64,000 nucleotides of DNA from Ruditapes philippinarum (lineage: Eukaryota): contig NW_026861848.1 of the NCBI RefSeq assembly GCF_026571515.1, positions 62,001 through 126,000 on the forward strand. The letters are read 5' to 3'. The notes beneath the pieces were generated by a model. That model was not told the origin of the DNA, ran no database searches, and saw only the letters and a list, made by a program, of their open reading frames with translations. How positions within the stretch are numbered: position 1 is the first letter of the stretch; every line of letters begins with the position of its first letter. Positions 56,050-64,000 of the stretch are shown piece after piece. The translations under genes and the position numbers were made by a program.

Positions 56050-56200
56050 ACTTTTCTCAAACCCATTCCTTGAGTGCCAACCTTTACACATCAATAGGGG
56101 TAAAATCTCTTACTCATGGAAATAACGTCTTATCCAAGACATAGTTTGAACCCACGCTACCAGCAATCCTTACCGAACTAGTCATTCACATGCCACCGCA
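56050..56200 (-). mobile_element. Highly degenerate CORE-type SINE remnant
   Basis: gtaaaatctcttactcatggaaataac followed by tttgaacccacg resembles the reverse of a CORE domain plus B box. Confidence 0.35.
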
Positions 56201-59200
56201 ATTTGCTATAATTGTCATACAGGAAAAAATGTACTAAACATTGAAATTATTGAAGATCAAAAGTTGTCCAAATGCGACTAAGAAAAATGTGAGGAAATTC
56301 AGGAAAACAAATACAGATAAAGAATAAGCCCAGGCAGGTGTTACGTGTTAATGGTAAAGCAATGCAAACGCCAGACTCTATTCATTTAGACTTGAATTCA
56401 TTGAACGCCGCCTTTCCTTGTTGATTTTGTTTATCATATTTCGAGTAAAATTCGTTTTTTAAGTATCCTTCATATGCAACATGAAAGATGGCGGCGGAAA
56501 CAAAAAATACTCACGTCAAAACGGAAGTTGTTACTGTTTAATCTTTTGACAATTTAATTTGGCCAAAAGGAAATTTGATGACCAGTCATTGAATAAGTGC
56601 CTTATCTGCATGTGTTAGAGATGTTCACAAAGATATAACCGAAGTTAAAGCAATCCCACTTGGTTAACGAGTAAATTTCAACAAAGGCAATGTCATGTTT
56701 TTATGAAATAATTGATTTACATAACAATATATTTATTATATGTTTTTGAGACAAGCAACGTTCCTTTCAGGGCAATTGATGATCAAAGCAGGATTTTAAT
56801 GTAGAAGCAAACCATTTTATAGAGGAAACGCTGAAAACTTTAGTACCATATGGAACAAATGCACCGCTTTTGGGCCTTATATGCACAACATTGTTGAAAC
56901 ACACATTTTGTCTTTGAAAAAGCAGTTAAAAACTCGGGTTATTGTTCCTTTTTGCGCTAAAATTTTCGATATTGACATTACAACAAACAAATCTTTCTTC
57001 TTTTATACAAACAGCGTGATCTAAAGTAAAAAACGTGGTAGGTACTTGGTAACTATTAAAGCATATCATTCACTTCGTTAAAATCAAATGACGGTTTTTT
57101 TATGCATAATTTTCGATTTTCCAGGATTTTCCATCAACTCGACATCGGGAATGAACGATGTCGAAAGACTGCAACTGATTTTGACAATATTTCATCCACA
57201 CGATACATTGTCACAGCTAAAGTAGATATGGTAGGAAGTGGCTTTATGCTCATGAATAAAACAAAGAACTACATTTTGATTAAATAATGAGATTCTAAAC
57301 GAGGTTTACACATGGTTCTACCAAAAAGTCTTACATCTCTCAAGGCCTGTCCGACAGCTATCTGCGCATGCGCAGTACGTATAGTCTTACGCATCAAATT
57401 TCAATCTTATCCCTAACATGTCTTATTGCCCCTGATAAACAAGACAGTGTACACAAAAGAAATCCCTACCAAGCGAAATTCTAACATAAATTTTGTAATT
57501 GTTACAAAAAGTAAACGTTTGTACATGAACAGAAAGAACACCAATGATCAGACAAAACAGGAACGTTTGCATAAAAACTTTTTGAAAGAGAAAGAATGAT
57601 CTTATATAAGCTTGTCTATATCGTTTTCCTTTTTATTCCCATTTAACAGTATCATTTTAATAACTTAACTTTTTCTTGATAACTCTCACATGAAATATGA
57701 TTTGTTTTGCCAAGTCAGTATTTTGTCAATATTTTGGCGTGTATTGCATAATACTTGAGAAATCAAGTTATTGAATATGTGTAGAGTCTTCTCAAACCTG
57801 TTGTTCTCTATATATTTTTGTGCACTGGCCGAATTTAGATGACAATAAGACACAAATTTATTGCATCACATTCTTTAAGCCTAATAAAAAAGAAAATATT
57901 GCAGAACGATCGGTTAAATCTACATTATGACATAAATCGTTTGATACTGGTTATTTTCCGATAAGTTTCGATCAGTTCGGGTGACCAAACATATCTAATA
58001 AAATTGTCATTTTGTTCTCCATGTTGACACTGTACTACATTTTTTACTACAATTGATATTTGAAAGAAATAGGACAGTATTAAACTCGTTCACATTGAAA
58101 TAAACAATGAGAGAAACATAACATTATTGCGTTAATTAATAAATAGCCGATGGTCGATGACCCCTGAAAGCGGTTAAAGTTATCTGGGTAAAAAAGAAAT
58201 AGTTTTTTTTGCAGTCGTAAATTGTACTTGTAGCATTCAGTGTGTTTATATGTGACTTATCAGTATATCAGCACTTTAAATTCAATCAAATTAATCTTTC
58301 ATCTCGTCGTTATCAGTCCCCGTCCCCGGCGATAATCGATACTGATTTGTAAGCAAAAATGATGTGACATGTGTGTATTTTCTTCATGTATTTTTTTATT
58401 ATATTATGACAAATACTAATGCTCTATAACTTTAATTCTCAATTACTCATTTAGTACATATAAATACTCTTGAGTATTTTTGACAGCACTCGACTCAACC
58501 TGATTCTATGTTTGCGAAAGAACAAACACCTTTATGAGCAAAAGGCGGCATTATTACTAGATAAGCAAAGTAGGCTAAATACTGATATAATCAGTGGAAG
58601 GTCACAAGTAAAGAAATTTGGCTGTATAAATATCTTGAAGTGTCGTACATTCGTAGCATGGTCATTTCAACGGTTATTTTGCCAGAGAGGTATACATGAA
58701 AGGTACACAGTTGCAGCGGAACACAGCTTGATAGCAAAGACTATGAGCTGCGCACTTCTATTCGAGAGTGTAAGCTACCCAAATCACCCCACCTATAATT
58801 AAAATTACATAAAAACAAAGTCCAAATTTATCGTCGGTAATTAAGCCGAGAGAAATATTGGAGTCATACCATGAATTGAAATTAAAGAAAAAAAATAATA
58901 AAGTGCTTATGATTCATATAGTTATTCCATAAAATATAAAAATGATTCGAAACAGAAAACAACAAATATTTACTTTGATAGTGTGTTTTTGATAAATTGA
59001 TAAGATTGATAAGAAATTGGACAACACTCTTTGGTAGATTTCATACAGACCTTCAAAAAACCAAAATTTGAATAATTTTCCCCAAGAAGACGCCGTTTAT
59101 ATTAAAATGTTAAACATTGCACTCATTTATACTTAAGAAGTTGACATTTATTGTGCTGAATTGTTTTTACGATCGTTTAAATGACAACTTCACGTTAAAC

Positions 59201-60613
59201 CAATACGTTATTTGACCCGAAAATAGATGCAATTTTTTAGAAGTTTAGATCATTAACACACGATCTTTAATGTCGTTACACATTAGTTTATCTCGTTGTC
59301 AAAGTCGGAAAAATAAATGATAGCAATAATTTTTAACCACGCTATAATCACTTTCAGATATAAAAACATAATGGGGTTCAAATGTGTTTCAAAATAAAAA
59401 AAAAAATTATCCTACAAAAGGGAAGGTATATGTTCCGCATAATCTGTACCACATGCGTTCCAAAACAACAATCAAAGTAAGCAATATTCATGTATAATAA
59501 ATAAAATTTTTAGTTAGATTAATGTTTTCTTTCTTGCCCCTGTTTTATTAAATCTGGCATATACCTACTGCAATTAAGCAAATAAATCAGATATGCTTTT
59601 CTTTCTTTACTTTCTTTTTTTCATTAAAATATGTTTGTTATTATCACTTTTACACTTTTATAGGCTGATGAAAATGAAATAAGTCAAATGGTTTTTCATT
59701 GATGAAAACATATTTATCGTTATCTGCTCTGTATAACTGAAACGAAAGTCAATACTGATGTATTTTTCATATTTGTGTGAAGAATATGATAGAGTTTAAT
59801 AATGTTAAGTTTTAGATGACTTATAAAACATTGTCAATTATTGATACATCTAATACCTTCAACTTACTGTCAGCATCAAAACACGAGGTACATTTTCACT
59901 CTTGGTGGTAGTTGACGTCTGACTTCCTTTTTTATTTCACACATTATTAGATATAAGTAATGCATTTTCAGGTTTTGTGCCAGGTGATGGTCTAACAGAA
60001 TCCTTATTGGATCGAATCTTATAAATTTTGCCTCGTTTTAGTCTAAAACGTCCACCTCAAATCCATATCTTTACCCCGAAAAGCTTCATTTTCATTCCCA
60101 GAATCCAAAAGGATAATATCAAAATAATGTACCACCCAATTGTTTTCATTTTAGAGTCCAAAATACCTTTATCAAGTGCATATCATTCTCAATCTAGCCT
60201 TGTTTTCTTTTTTGAGAGTTAATCCTTACTGTAATTGAGGTAACAAAGTTATGTCAAAATGTTAAAATATAGTGGTGTTATATAAAGAGGTCATTAAACT
60301 TGGTTGAGAACAACACTAATTATATCGGACTTGTACACGACTGCGTATCATATATCAGAATCGGTAAGCATCACGTCCAGTATAGTTTTGACAGCTGTGT
60401 ACTCGAATTCAGTATTGTACTCAACCATGTAAAATAACCGTTAAGTATAATACAATGTATCTTCGAAAAAGTGTTTTAAACCCATATTTACAATAATAAT
60501 AGTTATTTTATTGTAACGGATAGTTTTAATCAGTTTAGTAGAAATAAACAAAACATTGTATATCCAAAAGCAGAACTGTTAATTAACTGATCATTTGTGT
60601 TAAAGGAATAATA

Positions 60614-61488
60614 CATACTACTCAACTTTTGCTAAGCACAAGATGTTTGAGTATAAATATTTTTTGGGATAATTTTTTTAACGCCGAGCGAAAGGTTTTA
60701 ACCGTTGATTTACTGTTTTATCAAATCAGCTGAAGAACGAATTTAACCCTATAAATGAGTTTACACTGATTCTGTGCTAGAGAAAAGAATGACCCCCTCC
60801 CTCTTTTAAGATTTCAGAACATACAGCCAAATTTGTAAATTTGATTTTTTAGTTACAGTTTTAGACTTGATACCGTATGTGTAACCCGTGACTATCAATG
60901 ACAGCTTTGCAGCGCCTTCTCATAATCCCATTATTTTTCTGAACGTTCTAACGGGTATGGCTGCCCATTCTTGGACCAACATGGCTCAAAGCTCCTGGAT
61001 GGATCTATGTTGCAACAACTGACGAGCTGAAATTCTAACCTGCAGCTCATTTCACATGTGTTCTAATGGATTTAAGTCAGGTAAGCGAGATGGCCAGTCC
61101 ATGCACTCAATGGTCTCGCTCTCTAGGCAGTCCTGGACAACCCTGGCCCTATGATGCAGGCATTATCGTACATTAGAATGAACTGCTGATGCTGATGCCT
61201 CCCCACACCATAACTGACCCACTTATAGCGGTCATGCTCAGCAATTTTTGCAGCCTGAAACCGTTCTCCTCGTCTTTTCCAGACAAATGACATGTGATTG
61301 TAAACCCCATCAAAAACATGAAAATATTAGGGTGCATGCTTTCTATGCTACTTGAACGAGTTGTAACGGATAAGTAAACACGGATGCATTGCTGAATCAG
61401 AAATTTCAAAAATTGGAAAGAAATCTGTTTTATACTTGTGATAATACATAAATTAACTTATGGTGCTTAGCAAAAGTTGAGTATTATA
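60614..61488 (-). mobile_element. Tc1/mariner (DD34E) transposon remnant, internally deleted
   Basis: TIRs tactcaacttttgctaagcac and gtgcttagcaaaagttgagta. Minus-strand relic transposase GSVMVWGGIS..., DNA, HRARVVQDCL...MDWPSRLPDLNPLEHM*...MRRRCKAVIDSHG with stops and frameshifts. Confidence 0.92.
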
Positions 61489-61943
61489 ATATTCGTTTTT
61501 TTTTCTAATGAAATCTGTTCATTTTTAAGATAACTATTTTTGAAAACTTTAATGCCTTTAATGTTATAAATTAAACAAGTGCTGTTTTCGAAAACTCTTA
61601 AGGTACAAGATTGTGTGCTTTACTCGTACGAGTGCTGGACACGCAATAATTGTACACTTAGAGTGATCTCAAGAACAATTTATATGACTCTATTAAGAAA
61701 TGCACTAAATTTGAGTCAAGAGATTCCTTAGAGATCGCAAAGTTACAACATGAAAGGTATGCACTATCTTCATATAAAAGAAGTATTGTTTTACAGATGC
61801 ATCGTAGTAGTTGTATTCATGTACAGTATTTTTACGTTAATACAATTAAAACCGGTTATTTTTTATATTGCAAATTGTCACAGTCAAAAAATGTTAATTT
61901 ACAACTTTATTAATAAATAGATAATAAATACAAATTAAATTAT

Positions 61944-62080
61944 TTGTTGTTGTTGTTGTTGTTGATGTATATAAATGTAAAAAATAAGTTAGTTTGCCTT
62001 TTTTTGTAGCTGTTGTTGTTTTTGTTGTTGTTGGCTGTGGTGGTGGTTGTGTGGTGTGGTGTGGTGTTGTGTTGGTGTTT
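61944..62080. repeat. Compound (GTT)n/(GTGGT)n simple repeat
   Basis: Direct inspection. Confidence 0.85.
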
Positions 62081-64000
62081 TGAGGAATGTACATGCGTTA
62101 TTTCTTACTTTTAACAATTTGCACAGCTGAATTTCTTAAATTTACTTTTTTAAATATCATAAAAGTGCATTTCTATAATATCTTTATGAGTAATAAGAAT
62201 AGAGATAGATAATATAAAAAGTTCAAGAACTAATCATAAATTTTAAACATTTCGGATAACACTTAGCGGGTAATGCACATAATAGGTTTCCATGAAATAC
62301 CAAGGAGGTTTAAAAACTTAATGTTCTGGTATCAGTAGTAAATCAAGATAAAGTTATAGTTTTTAGGTACAAATGTTAAGTGTTAATGTCAAGTTTTTAA
62401 TAAACGTGAATCTGTTCACGCTTTTTCTTGATTTATTTCGTTTCAACACCTTATAAAGTACAAGTGTCTTACAGGCAGATATACAATGTTTATCATAAAG
62501 ATGCTTTTGAAACAAGTATGTTTTAATAGGAAAAAACGTCATAAATAAATATAAATCGTGCAATAAAATTTGAAATAATATTGTATACCAAATCAAGAGG
62601 TTCGCATGTGACGTCGAATACACCAAGTCAGCACATTTTAGATAAAAACTAAATAACTGTATACAATAAAAATCAATTTAATTCAGAAATACTGTCCTCT
62701 TAGATAACGTTCTATTTTAGAATAAATGAGCTTATTATAGTGGGTTTGTTATTGGAATCGAATTAAATACAACTTGAATAATTTTGACAAAGTTATGACA
62801 ATTATATTTGAAACATTAACTATTGTATCAATATATTTATACTATTTAAATACATTTATTTTTTCTGACGTGTCTTTTAAAAAGAAATATTTGATCGACT
62901 TGATCAAAGCAAACCAGTCAACTTTCTTACGCTTTTCGACCATAATATCCTTTGCTTAAACGAGATTTTCGAACTATCATTCCAGACAAAAGCATAAGCC
63001 AAAGATATATTTATTATATGTTCGCCAAATGTTTCAACTACAAACAAATCAGTCAGTATATGTTTCTTTGTGTTGAAATAGAGAAAAACAGAATCCCTAA
63101 AGAAAGCCCAACACGGCAAAATTTTAAATGTTGCAGGCTCGGTTTGATTGAGCCAGTTCATGGACAGTACTGGAAAGTGCAAGTTATTTTATTTTTGTGG
63201 AGTAGGGAATTGGCTGCAGCATTTGCTGATAATTTCATAATCAAAAAAGCAATAAACCTTCAAATGACGTCATATTCGCAAGTGTTAAGCTTTATTAAAC
63301 CAGTTATGTTTTTACAAAACAAAATAAAACACAAAATAAAAGAAAAAAAGAAAACTTTAATGAAAGAATAAAGATTTATACTGCACTTTATCGTGCATTA
63401 GCATATGCATAAGCTCTCGTACTTTTATCAAATTCCGTAACCATGCCGGGTTGGGTGCGTCTTTGTACTACTGCATATGTTTATGCACGAAAACGGTACA
63501 TTAACCTTCTATTGTTAGAGTAACAACTGTTCAATGTGCAGGTAAAATTTCTTAACCTCCAAAGGTCATTGATACTGAAGGAGATGTACATTTTACATTT
63601 TAAATCCATGTAGTCTAATAGATTCATAGTCGAAGGTCGAAAGGGAGGACCAACAAAATGTATGTCAGTATTTTTGTCTTCTCTATGTGTTATTTATCTC
63701 TCTGAGTAAAGTTAAGTGTGCTCCGTGTATACTTTAAACTGTTAAGGTACGACACTGGAGCCCGTATCTATCCTAAACAAAACTGATAATATGGAAATAT
63801 GTGACAAATTTAACGATAAAGAAGACATCGATTGAGCAAAGTGATCAATTGAAAGGACATTGTCAACGTTATCACAAGGGTTATGAATGTAAGATTAGTG
63901 GGGCAAAATAATCATGTTTTATGTTTTTATCCTTTATCATTACAGAGTTTATTGCTGTTGATACCAGTGCAACTGCCATTTTCTGTAAGGACATAACAAT

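Noticed and set aside
62952-63371. 139-aa ORF
   Set aside because: Non-ATG start, overlaps a repeat-derived hairpin and has no domain-like features.

Overview
Strongly AT-rich, intron-containing animal DNA. The repeat families (palindromic MITE, tRNA-SINEs, Helentron-type insert) look like those of a bivalve mollusc, probably a venerid clam; this is inferred from remembered repeat motifs, not a database search. I assembled two apparently intact spliced genes by hand, arranged head-to-head. The first is an 8-exon minus-strand gene (35282..28269, ~297 aa) encoding an N-terminal sushi/CCP domain, one TM helix and a Tyr-rich tail, with no signal peptide (SUSD3-like architecture). The second is a 10-exon plus-strand gene (41756..53368, ~634 aa) encoding a highly divergent SLC16/MCT-family MFS transporter. 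At 2.2-4.9 kb is the 3' half of an intron-containing DNA transposon, in which a transposase-like C-terminus is spliced in frame to a DEDDh exonuclease plus a PML-C/Exuperantia-like domain (one internal stop). The rest is repeat-rich non-coding DNA: an unclassified hairpin-rich 283-bp repeat (tandem and dispersed), MITEs, SINEs, a Tc1 remnant, LTR-like pieces, microsatellites and an old ~5-kb-offset duplication. Most ORFs in the supplied track are noise.
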